Shown: positions 36,852 to 45,538 of the stretch, piece after piece | Numbering within the stretch: the stretch's first letter is position 1 | Layout of the letters: each line of letters starts with the position of its first letter | From: Burkholderiales bacterium | Lineage (GTDB): Bacteria; Pseudomonadota; Gammaproteobacteria; Burkholderiales; Eutrophovitaceae | DNA: 64,000 nucleotides | Reading direction: 5' to 3' | Assembly: GCA_040880425.1 (NCBI GenBank) | Contig: JBBDIL010000003.1 | Span: 9,225-73,224 of the forward strand | Position numbers and translations under genes: made by a program | The notes under the pieces: model-generated | What the model was told of the DNA's origin: nothing | Seen by the model: only the letters and a program-made list of their open reading frames with translations | Database searches by the model: none

Positions 36852-37495
36852 GACCGCTTCCGCTGTGAGCGGTTCCGGTGCGAAGCCTTGCGGTCCCGGA
36901 TGCCCTCGAGAAAGATCGGAAAGACGCGTCGGGCCTGCTGCACCATGTTGCCAGCGGCGTGTCCACCGCCGTAGATCGATGTCTGCATGACCAAACCCTG
37001 CACTGTCCCGATGAACAGCGTGGCTGCGTCCTGCGCGTCCACGTCGGAACGCACCAGGCCCATTCTCTTGCTGTCTTCGAATAACTCTACGAGCCGTGCG
37101 CGATAGGTGCTCATCATTTCACGTACCAGCGGTGTTAGCTTCGAGCCGCGAGCCTGCTGCAGTTGCCGAAACAGCAATCTCGGGATTGCCGGGTGCTCCG
37201 CTACGAAGCCCACGTGGGCGTAGAACATGCGCTCCAGCATCTCCAGGGGATGTGAGCCGCCGGCGGCGGCGGCGTCCGTCACGGACAGCAGTCGGCTACC
37301 CGCCCAGCTGAGTACCGCAATCCAGATCGATTCTTTGGTCGGGAAGTGTCGGAAAATCGCGCCCTGCGTGACTCCCACCGCCTGCGCCATGTCCAGCGTG
37401 GTGATGTTTTCCACATCCTGTTCGCCGACGAGGTTGACCGCCGCGCGAACGATCTGCTGCTGACGCTCATCTGCTTTGAGTCGTTCTCTGGACAC
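36848..37495 (-). CDS. TetR/AcrR family transcriptional regulator
   Basis: N-terminal HTH 'ITTLDMAQAVGVTQGAIFRHFPTKESI'; first gene of the exporter operon. Confidence 0.85.
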   Translation of the reverse strand: MSRERLKADERQQQIVRAAVNLVGEQDVENITTLDMAQAVGVTQGAIFRHFPTKESIWIAVLSWAGSRLLSVTDAAAAGGSHPLEMLERMFYAHVGFVAEHPAIPRLLFRQLQQARGSKLTPLVREMMSTYRARLVELFEDSKRMGLVRSDVDAQDAATLFIGTVQGLVMQTSIYGGGHAAGNMVQQARRVFPIFLEGIRDRKASHRNRSQRKRS

Positions 37496-37553
37496 GACGA
37501 ACCTCCAAGTAAGTGATTGGGCACTATCTTAGAGTTGTGCGGCCAAGTGTTTC

Positions 37554-37567
37554 TTAATCTGCATCAA
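37554..37567. promoter_or_regulatory. FNR-like box TTAATCTGCATCAA upstream of nrdD
   Basis: One mismatch to TTGAT-N4-ATCAA; about 110 bp upstream of the nrdD start. Confidence 0.45.
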
Positions 37568-37671
37568 GAAAAACGGACTACGCACCGCATCCTGCCGGCT
37601 CGTGCATTGCTGCCTACCAGGTGTTGGCCTAGTGTTCGCTGGGAACACAAGATCTTGGGAGGAAAGACACG

Positions 37672-39714
37672 GTGCTTGCGGCGAGTGAGGTGGCGAAGAA
37701 CACACAGCATCCGGCCCTGCCGAAGCAGGTCCTCAAGCGCGACGGGACCGTGGTGGCGTTCGATGCGGACAAGATCACGAATGCGATCGCCCGCGCCGGC
37801 GGTGCCACCGGCGAATTCGGAGCCGAGGAAGCGGAGCGACTGTCGGCCCTTGTGACCAAGGTTCTCGCCTATCGCAAGCAAGCCGAAGCATTGCACATCG
37901 AGCGCATCCAGGACCTCGTCGAGCAGACGCTGGTCGCTGCCGACCATTTCAGGACCGCTCGCGCGTACATCGTCTACCGGGAACAGCATCGCAAGCTGCG
38001 CACCGACCGCCGAACGCTGGTCGACGTGGCGGCCTCGATTGACGAGTACTTGCAGCGCCAGGACTGGCGCATCAATGCCAACGCCAACCAGGGCTATTCG
38101 CTGGGCGGACTGATCCTGAACGTCTCCGGCAAGGTGATCGCCAATTACTGGCTCAGTCACGTCTACCCGCCCGAAGTCGGCGAGGCGCATCGCGCGGGTG
38201 ATATCCACATACACGATCTCGACATGCTCGCCGGCTACTGCGCCGGCTGGTCGCTGCGCACGCTGCTGGCCGAAGGCCTGAACGGCGTGCCGGGCAAAGT
38301 GGAGGCGGCGCCGCCGAAGCACATGTCGAGCGCGGTCGGGCAGATCGTCAACTTTCTCGGCACGCTGCAGAACGAGTGGGCCGGCGCGCAGGCGTTCAGT
38401 TCCTTCGATACCTACATGGCCCCATATGTGCGCAAGGATCGCATGAGCTATGCAGAGGTCAGGCAGTGCATCCAGGAGCTGATCTACAACCTGAACGTGC
38501 CGTCACGCTGGGGCACGCAGACGCCGTTCACCAATCTGACCTTCGACTGGACCTGCCCCGAGGACCTGAAACTGCAGGTGCCGGTGATCGCCGGGTGCGA
38601 AATGCCGTTTGCCTACGGCGAGCTGCAGGCCGAGATGGACATGATCAACCGTGCGTACATCGAAGTAATGACCACGGGCGACGCCAAAGGGCGGGTTTTT
38701 ACCTTTCCGATTCCGACCTACAACGTGACGCGCGATTTCCCCTGGGAGCATCCGAATACCGAGCTGCTGTTCGCCATGACCGCGAAGTACGGGTTGCCGT
38801 ATTTCCAGAATTTCATCAACTCGGACCTGCAGCCGAACATGATCCGCTCCATGTGCTGCCGGCTGCAGCTGGATCTGCGCGAGCTGCTGAAGCGGGGCAA
38901 TGGCCTGTTCGGCTCCGCCGAGCAGACGGGATCGCTCGGCGTGGTAACCGTAAACTGCGCCAGGCTGGGCTATCTGCATAAGGACGACGAGGCCGCTCTA
39001 TTCGTGCGGGCGGAGGCTCTTGCCGGACTGGCGAAAACCAGCCTGGAAATCAAGCGCAAGGTGATCCAGCGCCACATGGACGAAGGGCTGTTTCCATACA
39101 CGAAGCGTTACCTGGGGACGCTGCGCAACCACTTCTCGACGGTGGGGGTAAACGGCATCAACGAGATGATCCGCAACTTCAGCGACGATGCGTACGACAT
39201 TACGGATCCGCGCGGCCACGCGATGGCATGCCGGCTGCTCGACCGGCTGCGCGCACGCCTGCTGCGGTTCCAGGACGAAACCGGGCACATGTACAACCTC
39301 GAGGCGACCCCGGCGGAAGGCACCACCTACCGCTTTGCAAAGGAAGACCGCAAGCGCTGGCCGGACATCCTCCAGGCCGGCACGCCCGACATGCCCTACT
39401 ACACCAATTCCTCTCAGCTCCCGGTCGGTTTCACCGACGATCCGTTCGAGGCGCTCGAGCGTCAGGACGAGCTGCAATGCAAGTACACGGGCGGCACCGT
39501 GCTCCACCTGTACATGAGCGAACACATCAGTTCGCCAAGAGCTTGCATGACCCTCGTGCGTCGCGCGCTCGAACGTTTCCGTCTCCCATACATCACGGTG
39601 ACACCGACGTTTTCCATCTGCCCGAAACATGGCTATCTCTCCGGAGAGTACGAGTTCTGTCCGAAGTGCGACGAGATCCTCCTCGCACGGAAACGTCATG
39701 CAGTGGCAGCGTAA
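37672..39714 (+). CDS. nrdD: anaerobic ribonucleoside-triphosphate reductase, large fragment (ATP-cone, barrel, Zn site) ending before the glycyl-radical motif
   Basis: ATP-cone 'VLKRDGTVVAFDADKITNAIARA'; class III core; Zn site 'CPKHGYLSGEYEFCPKCD'; stops 11 codons later with no RVxGY motif; GGGAGG SD before GTG 37672. Confidence 0.85.
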   Translation: MLAASEVAKNTQHPALPKQVLKRDGTVVAFDADKITNAIARAGGATGEFGAEEAERLSALVTKVLAYRKQAEALHIERIQDLVEQTLVAADHFRTARAYIVYREQHRKLRTDRRTLVDVAASIDEYLQRQDWRINANANQGYSLGGLILNVSGKVIANYWLSHVYPPEVGEAHRAGDIHIHDLDMLAGYCAGWSLRTLLAEGLNGVPGKVEAAPPKHMSSAVGQIVNFLGTLQNEWAGAQAFSSFDTYMAPYVRKDRMSYAEVRQCIQELIYNLNVPSRWGTQTPFTNLTFDWTCPEDLKLQVPVIAGCEMPFAYGELQAEMDMINRAYIEVMTTGDAKGRVFTFPIPTYNVTRDFPWEHPNTELLFAMTAKYGLPYFQNFINSDLQPNMIRSMCCRLQLDLRELLKRGNGLFGSAEQTGSLGVVTVNCARLGYLHKDDEAALFVRAEALAGLAKTSLEIKRKVIQRHMDEGLFPYTKRYLGTLRNHFSTVGVNGINEMIRNFSDDAYDITDPRGHAMACRLLDRLRARLLRFQDETGHMYNLEATPAEGTTYRFAKEDRKRWPDILQAGTPDMPYYTNSSQLPVGFTDDPFEALERQDELQCKYTGGTVLHLYMSEHISSPRACMTLVRRALERFRLPYITVTPTFSICPKHGYLSGEYEFCPKCDEILLARKRHAVAA

Positions 39715-39726
39715 AGAAAGATGTAA

Positions 39727-39878
39727 CCGCAGAGACACCGAGGCGCGGAGATAAAGAGAACAGAAAGCGATTGGCAAGCCATGCGAGTGCTTTGGGCATT
39801 GATGACCAAGACAACCGTTTCCTGCTGCCTCGGTCTTCGTGCCGGATACGCCTCCCGTGCTTGACTGTACCTCTGCGG
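39727..39878. repeat. intergenic inverted-repeat element, copy 1 (between the nrdD large fragment and the B12-rSAM gene)
   Basis: CCGCAGAG (39727)/CTCTGCGG (39871) and CCGAGGC (39738)/GCCTCGG (39827); shares 'TCTTCGTGCC' and a 'GAC(C)AAG' core with copy 3. Confidence 0.5.
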
Positions 39879-39897
39879 TAAATGAAGGATTTTTTTT

Positions 39898-41760
39898 ATG
39901 AAACTGTTGTTGATCAACCCGAAATACCCGGAAAGCTTCTGGAGCTTCAAGTGGGCTGTGAAGGAGGTTCTGCCGCGCAAGCGTGCGGTGAATCCGCCGC
40001 TCGGCCTTGCGACGCTGGCGGCACTGAGCCCGACGGGCTGGGATGTCACCATCGTCGACGAGAACGTGGAATCGATCCTGCTTGCGCCGGATGCCGATCT
40101 GGTGGGTGTGTGCGGCATGGGAGTGCAATTCCCGAGGCAGACGGAGCTGCTCGCCTTCTATAGAGAGGCGGGCTATCCGACCGTCGCAGGAGGCAGCTTT
40201 GCCTCGCTCTGCCCGGAACGCTACGTGCCGCTGGCCGACAGTGTGGTTGCGGGAGAAGCCGAGTACATCTGGAAGCGGTTCTGTGCTGACTTCGAGACCG
40301 GCCGGGCGCAGCCGCTCTACCGCGAAACCGGAACGGTTTCGCTGTCCGATTCCCCGGTGCCGCGTTTCGACCTGCTCAAAATCGGGAAATACACGACGGC
40401 GACCTTGCAGTTCTCACGCGGATGCCCGTACATGTGCGAGTTCTGCGACATCATTGTCATGTTCGGCCGCAAGCCGCGGCACAAGAGTGTCGAGCAGGTC
40501 GGTCGCGAGCTTGACGCATTGCGCGCGACCGGTGCGCGCAATGCATTCTTCGTCGATGACAATCTGATCGGCCATCGCGCGGCGGCAAAAGAGCTGCTGC
40601 GCTACCTGGCGGAGTACCAGCGGCAACACGGTTACCCGTTCAATTTCGGTACGGAAGTGTCGCTCAACCTTGCGCAGGACAAGGAACTGCTTGAGCTGTT
40701 CCGGGCGGCGGGGTTCTCCTGGGTATTCGTGGGCATCGAATCTTCCGACCCGGAGGCGCTGAAGCAGACGCGCAAGACGCAGAATACGCACGAAGACGTA
40801 CTGACTTCGGTGCGCCGCATCTATGCACACGATATCGACGTGCTGGGCGGTTTCATCGTCGGCTTCGATTCGGACACCGAGGCAACCTTCGGACACCAGG
40901 AACGCTTTATCCTGGATTCCGGCGTGCAGGCGGCGATGGTCGGTCTGCTGACCGCGCTGCCGAAGACGCCCTTGTACCAGCGGCTCGAAAAGGAAGGCAG
41001 GTTGCGTCCGGACGTCGCCGGAACGGACAACACCAAGCCGGCGACCAACGTCGAACCAAAGCACATGTCCTACGAGGCGATGGTGGCAGGCTACGAGACC
41101 ATGTACCGGCGGCTCACCAGACCCGCGGCGATAGCGGAACGCATCCGCAACAAATTGCGCTACATGCGAGCGCCGGTCTACCAGGGCGAGTATTCGACCG
41201 TGGATCGTATCGGCATCATCTGGCGGCTGCTGACGAAGGGGATCCTGCCCGGCGGCCTGCCGCGCATATGGCATTTCCTGTTTTCTTTGCCGCTGTTCGC
41301 GCCGCGCAAGCTGCCGGTGGCGATCGTGGACTGGATTGCGGGTCTGTCCATGCGCGATTACGTGCAGCGGCATTTCCCGATTGCACCGAGCGATGCCGGC
41401 AGGGCTCAGCAACTGTTCGAGGCATTGCTGCAGGGTGCCCGCCGTCACGGTGCAGCTGTCAGAGTGTCGTTGTCGTTGCGTACGGTGGCGCCTTCAGTGT
41501 CGATCAGCCTGCGCGGTGGTCTGCCGGGTGCGTTCTTCCGGCGTGCGGCGCGTAAACTGGATCGCCTGCTTTCCAGAACGCAGGCCAGCGTCACGCTGCG
41601 TATCGATGCATTGCGTGAGTCCGAACTGCCCCACCTTCATCGCCTGCTCGAACGTCTCGCCCGGCATGGCGACCGCATTTCCGTGATCGTCAGCAAGCGC
41701 CTGCGGGGTGTGGTGAAAATCGATTCGTCGGTATTCCGGCTCGTGCTCGCGCGAGAGTAA
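39898..41760 (+). CDS. B12-binding-domain radical SAM protein (DUF4070-type C-terminus)
   Basis: N-terminal B12-binding-like domain (LLLINPKYPE...), 'SRGCPYMCEFCDI' CxxxCxxC; lies between the two nrdD pieces. Confidence 0.8.
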   Translation: MKLLLINPKYPESFWSFKWAVKEVLPRKRAVNPPLGLATLAALSPTGWDVTIVDENVESILLAPDADLVGVCGMGVQFPRQTELLAFYREAGYPTVAGGSFASLCPERYVPLADSVVAGEAEYIWKRFCADFETGRAQPLYRETGTVSLSDSPVPRFDLLKIGKYTTATLQFSRGCPYMCEFCDIIVMFGRKPRHKSVEQVGRELDALRATGARNAFFVDDNLIGHRAAAKELLRYLAEYQRQHGYPFNFGTEVSLNLAQDKELLELFRAAGFSWVFVGIESSDPEALKQTRKTQNTHEDVLTSVRRIYAHDIDVLGGFIVGFDSDTEATFGHQERFILDSGVQAAMVGLLTALPKTPLYQRLEKEGRLRPDVAGTDNTKPATNVEPKHMSYEAMVAGYETMYRRLTRPAAIAERIRNKLRYMRAPVYQGEYSTVDRIGIIWRLLTKGILPGGLPRIWHFLFSLPLFAPRKLPVAIVDWIAGLSMRDYVQRHFPIAPSDAGRAQQLFEALLQGARRHGAAVRVSLSLRTVAPSVSISLRGGLPGAFFRRAARKLDRLLSRTQASVTLRIDALRESELPHLHRLLERLARHGDRISVIVSKRLRGVVKIDSSVFRLVLARE

Positions 41761-41778
41761 AGCAGGAAGCAGAGGCGC

Positions 41779-41914
41779 AAAACACGAAGGCACGAAGAAA
41801 GACAAACCCGGAAGAGAAGCCCAAAGCAATGGCCGCAAACACAGAGTCCGACAAGACTTCTACGCCCTTGGGTCTCCGGGGTCATGTCGGTGTTCCTGGT
41901 GTTTCGCTTCCGGG
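41779..41914. repeat. intergenic inverted-repeat element, copy 2 (between the B12-rSAM gene and the NrdD glycyl-radical ORF)
   Basis: 19 nt 'AAACACGAAGGCACGAAGA' identical to the copy 3 left arm; 'CAGAGTCCGACAAG' and 'GTGTTTCGCT' also shared with copy 3. Confidence 0.6.
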
Positions 41915-41941
41915 AGGCGCGTTTTTTTGTTGAAGGAGGAG

Positions 41942-42127
41942 ATGATGACAGTACGGACTCAAACAACCCAAACGCAAATCAGGCTGCGCGACGAGGAGAG
42001 GCAGCGATGCGAGGTCTGGACGCGGGTGATGGGGTATCACCGGCCGGTGGCATCGTTCAACATCGGCAAACAGGGCGAGCACCGCGAGCGAAGGTTCTTC
42101 GATGAGTCATGCGCGAGCCTGTCCTGA
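41942..42127 (+). CDS. stand-alone glycyl-radical C-terminal piece of NrdD (61 aa from ATG 41942)
   Basis: 'CEVWTRVMGYHRPVASFNIGKQGEHRERRFF' is the class III RNR glycyl-radical motif; GAAGGAGGAG immediately upstream of ATGATG 41942; different frame from the large fragment. Confidence 0.7.
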   Translation: MMTVRTQTTQTQIRLRDEERQRCEVWTRVMGYHRPVASFNIGKQGEHRERRFFDESCASLS

Positions 42128-42860
42128 AACGGCAAGCCGTATGCGCGCGTGCCGGTCATCCGTCGACGTTTTTCGCGTCGGCGGGTTCGTGCCGTTCTCC
42201 ACGGTCGACTTTCCCGGCAAACTCGCCGCGGTTGTGTTCTGTCAGGGCTGCCCGTGGCGCTGTTCCTATTGCCACAATACGCACCTTCAGTCCCGGCGGG
42301 CACAGACGCCCTACGCCTGGCGCGATCTGCTTGCGCAACTGTCGGCCCGCCGTGGAATGCTCGATGCAGTGGTGTTCAGTGGCGGCGAACCCACTGCACA
42401 GGTTTCGCTGCCGCGTGCCGCCGCGCACGTGCACGGCGCCGGCTTCCGCGTCGGTCTGCATACCGCGGGCGTCTATCCGGATCGTCTGCAGCAGACGCTA
42501 CCTTTGCTGGACTGGGTAGGCATCGACATCAAGACGGTTCCGATGGAGTACGCCTCGCTCACCGGGGCAGGCAACGCCGCCGGCCGCGCGTGGGAGAGCC
42601 TGCGGTTGATCCTCTCCAGCGGGGTCGACTACGAAGTGCGCACCACCGTGCACCCCGATCTGGTCACGGCACGCCACCTTCGCAGGCTCGCGCTCGGGCT
42701 TGCACATTTCGGCGTCCGCCGTTATGCGTTGCAGGCCTTCCGGCCGCAGGGCTGCGACGATGGCCAGCTGGCGCGCTCGGTGGCGCCGGACTATCTGACC
42801 CCGCGCCTCGGCAGGGAGATTGGCTCGCTGTTCGAGCATTTCGAAATACGAGGTGGCTGA
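42102..42860 (+). CDS. nrdG: anaerobic ribonucleotide reductase activating protein (radical SAM)
   Basis: 'VGGFVPFSTVDFPGKLAAVVFCQGCPWRCSYCHN'; alternative start ATG 42141. Confidence 0.85.
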   Translation: MSHARACPETASRMRACRSSVDVFRVGGFVPFSTVDFPGKLAAVVFCQGCPWRCSYCHNTHLQSRRAQTPYAWRDLLAQLSARRGMLDAVVFSGGEPTAQVSLPRAAAHVHGAGFRVGLHTAGVYPDRLQQTLPLLDWVGIDIKTVPMEYASLTGAGNAAGRAWESLRLILSSGVDYEVRTTVHPDLVTARHLRRLALGLAHFGVRRYALQAFRPQGCDDGQLARSVAPDYLTPRLGREIGSLFEHFEIRGG

Positions 42861-43173
42861 CCGAGTGATCGTTGCGTGTCCTTGATCCGGATTAAGCAAT
42901 CGACCGCCGGGCCGAGCCAAGACATAAAACAATGAAAATCACCAGGCCGTTTTCGGTAGCCCGCGTAGCGCAAGTTACGCAAAGGCGCCTGATCCCATGG
43001 AACGTTGCCGCAACATAATTCGCACAGGTAGCAGACCGCGGCGGCGAAGTCCTCCAATCGTCTTCACAGCTTCAACGTCGCGTTCCCGCTGCCCCGGCGA
43101 TGTCGGGAACGGATGGCGCCCGCCGCTGCCGGTGACCTTTGCCATCGTTCACATTGCTGCAAGGAGAAACTCG

Positions 43174-43251
43174 ATGAGACAGTGGACAGATCCGGCATAC
43201 AGCGACATTCGCCTTGGCTTCGAAGTCACCGCGTACGTCTACGTTCGCTGA
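43174..43251 (+). CDS. pqqA: PQQ precursor peptide PqqA (25 aa)
   Basis: MRQWTDPAYSDIRLGFEVTAYVYVR: W..P, E-x3-Y (EVTAY) signature; AAGGAGA 6 nt upstream. Confidence 0.85.
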   Translation: MRQWTDPAYSDIRLGFEVTAYVYVR

Positions 43252-43321
43252 GGTTGAGCGGGGGCTTGTGCCAGAGCGTACGGCGCAAGCGCCCCGTGCT
43301 CGCCATACCGAGACTCAGCCC

Positions 43322-43615
43322 ATGAGCGTCCAAAATCATTTCGAGACGGATGATCTTCCAACTCTTAATCCGTTGTTCATGTTCCGCTGGGAAGAAACCC
43401 AGCACGCGTATGTGCTGCTGTACCCGGAGGGCGTGGTCAAGCTCAACGATACGGCGGGGGAGATCCTGAAACGGTGTACCGGAAAGCTGACGGTGGCGGA
43501 ACTGACTGCCGAACTTGGGCGGCTGTTCGACGCAGACCCACAGCAGCTCGAAGGCAGCGTCCTGAAATTTCTGGAGGTGTCGCATGCCAAAGGATGGATC
43601 CGTCGTCAGGCTTGA
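43322..43615 (+). CDS. pqqD: PQQ biosynthesis peptide chaperone PqqD
   Basis: 'FMFRWEETQHAYVLLYPEGVVKLNDTAGEILKRC...TVAELTAEL' PqqD pattern; start at the internal Met of track ORF 43214..43615. Confidence 0.8.
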   Translation: MSVQNHFETDDLPTLNPLFMFRWEETQHAYVLLYPEGVVKLNDTAGEILKRCTGKLTVAELTAELGRLFDADPQQLEGSVLKFLEVSHAKGWIRRQA

Positions 43616-44726
43616 CGGCGAAGGCAAGCCGCTGTGGCTTGTTCTGGAGCTGACTTACCGCTGCCCGCTTGCCTGCCCGTGGTGCAGCAATCCGGTCGAC
43701 TACGCGCGCTACGAGAACGAGCTTTCCACCGAGGAGTGGAAGCGCGTGCTGCGAGAAGGGCGCGAACTCGGCGCACTGCAGCTCGGATTCACCGGTGGGG
43801 AGCCGATGCTGCGGAAGGATCTGGAGGAGCTGGTCGGCGAGGCGCACCGGCTTGGCTACTACACCAACCTGATCACCTCGGGTATCGGCTTGAACGAGCC
43901 GCGGCTGATTGCTCTCAAGAACGCGGGACTCAACCAGATCCAGCTGTCCATCCAGTCGAGCCGCAGGGACATGACCGACGCACTGGTCGGAACCCGTGCG
44001 TTCGATCACAAGCTGAAGGTCGCGCGGCTGATCAAAGCATACGGCTTTCCGATGGTGCTGAACGTTCCCGTGTTCCGGCAGAACGTCGAGCTCGCGGCGG
44101 AAATACTGGATATGGCAGAGGACATCGGCACGGACTATCTCGAATTCGCCAACATCCAGTACTACAACTGGGCCATGGTCAACCGCGACGAACTGTTGCC
44201 CTCGCTGCAGCAGTTGCAGAGTGCCGAAGCGGTGGTGCAGAAGGCGCGCAAGCGGCTCGAGGGCAGGATGACGATTTACTTCGTGATCCCGGACTATTAC
44301 GAACAGCGGCCCAAGGCCTGTATGAACGGATGGGGTTCGATTCATCTGACCATCGCGCCCGATGGTGCTGCCCTTCCGTGCCAGGAGGCGCGGGTCATCG
44401 AGGAACTCGCCTTTCCTACGGTTCGCGAGAAAAGCCTTGCCTGGCTATGGAACGAATCCCCAGCCTTTCGCAAATTCCGCGGCAACGACTGGATGAAGGA
44501 GCCGTGCCGCAGTTGCAGCGAGAACGAGAAAGATTACGGCGGCTGCCGCTGTCAGGCGCTGCTACTGACCGGTGATGCTGCCAATACCGACCCTGCATGC
44601 GCGAAATCGCCGCATCATCATGTGATCGTCGAGGCGGTGGCGCGCGCCAATGACCCTGCTCGCGCGCAGCAGCCGCTGGTGATGCGCCGCGTCGGAACAA
44701 GCGAAGTCGATATCGCGCTCGGATGA
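43584..44726 (+). CDS. pqqE: PQQ biosynthesis radical SAM/SPASM enzyme PqqE
   Basis: 'PLWLVLELTYRCPLACPWCSNP' and C-terminal SPASM Cys (CRSCSENEKDYGGCRCQA). Confidence 0.85.
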   Translation: MPKDGSVVRLDGEGKPLWLVLELTYRCPLACPWCSNPVDYARYENELSTEEWKRVLREGRELGALQLGFTGGEPMLRKDLEELVGEAHRLGYYTNLITSGIGLNEPRLIALKNAGLNQIQLSIQSSRRDMTDALVGTRAFDHKLKVARLIKAYGFPMVLNVPVFRQNVELAAEILDMAEDIGTDYLEFANIQYYNWAMVNRDELLPSLQQLQSAEAVVQKARKRLEGRMTIYFVIPDYYEQRPKACMNGWGSIHLTIAPDGAALPCQEARVIEELAFPTVREKSLAWLWNESPAFRKFRGNDWMKEPCRSCSENEKDYGGCRCQALLLTGDAANTDPACAKSPHHHVIVEAVARANDPARAQQPLVMRRVGTSEVDIALG

Positions 44727-44857
44727 AGAACCCGTTCGACTCAGCCTTCGGCACCATCGTGCTCGGCGTCGGCCTTACTGTCGGGCTCTGGTTGCTCGCA
44801 CGCTGGTGCGTCGCCGGATTCTGATGCCTGTGATCGACGCGTGAAGGAACTGAGCCA

Positions 44858-45016
44858 CGGAGGACACGGAAAAGAAACGAGAAAGGCGATGAGATCTGGA
44901 ACCACTTGCGCCGGGCTGGCACTCCGAATAGGCAGGGCTGTTCGAGTGCACAAGACGCTGCAATGCCCGCGCCGGAATATCCGGTGTCGAATCTTCGACT
45001 CTCGCCGTGTCCTCCG
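44858..45016. repeat. intergenic inverted-repeat element, copy 4 (after pqqE)
   Basis: 12-bp termini CGGAGGACACGG (44858..44869) / CCGTGTCCTCCG (45005..45016); left arm resembles copy 5 (GAGGACACGG). Confidence 0.5.
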
Positions 45017-45028
45017 GGGTGAGATTAT

Positions 45029-45538
45029 TTGATGGAAACGCAAACGCTCGATCTTCTGCTGCGCTGGCTGCATTTCTTCGCCGGGATCGTGTGGATCGGC
45101 CACAACTACTCCACGCTGATCCAGCGCCCGGGCTACTTGCCGCTGACCGCGGCCGAGCTGGTGAACGAGGGCAGCCCGCGCTTCATGGGCCTGCTCGCCC
45201 GCGAGCACGGCATCTTCCGCTGGGCCGCGGTGGTGGCTTGGACGACGGGCATGTTGATGCTGTGGCAGCGCGGCTGGCTGGTTGACGCGATTACTCTCTC
45301 GGGGTACGCGGCGGTCATTGGTCTGGGCACGTGGATCGGCACTTTCATGATGCTCAACGTATGGTTCGTGCTCTGGCCGCACCAGAAGAAGGTGCTCGGT
45401 TTTGTGGCGGCGCCGGTTGATGAGCGCCTGCGCGCGTCGCGTGTGACCTTTCTGTCTGCGCGGGTCAACACGATGCTGTCGATCCCGCTGCTGTTCTTCA
45501 TGGCCTCTGCGCAGCACGGCGCTTTCCTGTATGGCTGA
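45029..45538 (+). CDS. four-TM membrane protein (urate-hydroxylase PuuD N-terminal-like?)
   Basis: 'LRWLHFFAGIVWIGHNY', 'NVWFVLWPHQKK' resemble that family from memory; function unknown. Confidence 0.45.
   Translation: MMETQTLDLLLRWLHFFAGIVWIGHNYSTLIQRPGYLPLTAAELVNEGSPRFMGLLAREHGIFRWAAVVAWTTGMLMLWQRGWLVDAITLSGYAAVIGLGTWIGTFMMLNVWFVLWPHQKKVLGFVAAPVDERLRASRVTFLSARVNTMLSIPLLFFMASAQHGAFLYG

Noticed and set aside
37620-37660. Possible NrdR box near nrdD (AACACAAGATCTTGGG with the perfect 10-bp palindrome CAAGATCTTG)
   Set aside because: It does not match the remembered NrdR consensus (acaCwAtATaTwGtgt) well, and no second box at the usual spacing was seen. Left as unresolved rather than annotated.
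37496-37671. Cobalamin riboswitch upstream of nrdD or of the B12-rSAM gene
   Set aside because: No B12-box-like GCCACTG core or the expected multi-stem pattern is visible in either leader.
39715-41941. Intein, group I or group II intron as the explanation for the nrdD interruption
   Set aside because: Stop codons and a frame change exclude an intein. No reverse transcriptase/maturase, homing endonuclease or recognisable intron-encoded ORF is present. The insert encodes an ordinary radical SAM enzyme with its own SD. RNA-level splicing cannot be fully excluded without data.
41927-41941. TTG 41927 as the start of the glycyl-radical mini-ORF
   Set aside because: The GAAGGAGGAG Shine-Dalgarno lies within these codons, so ATG 41942/41945 is the far more plausible initiation site.
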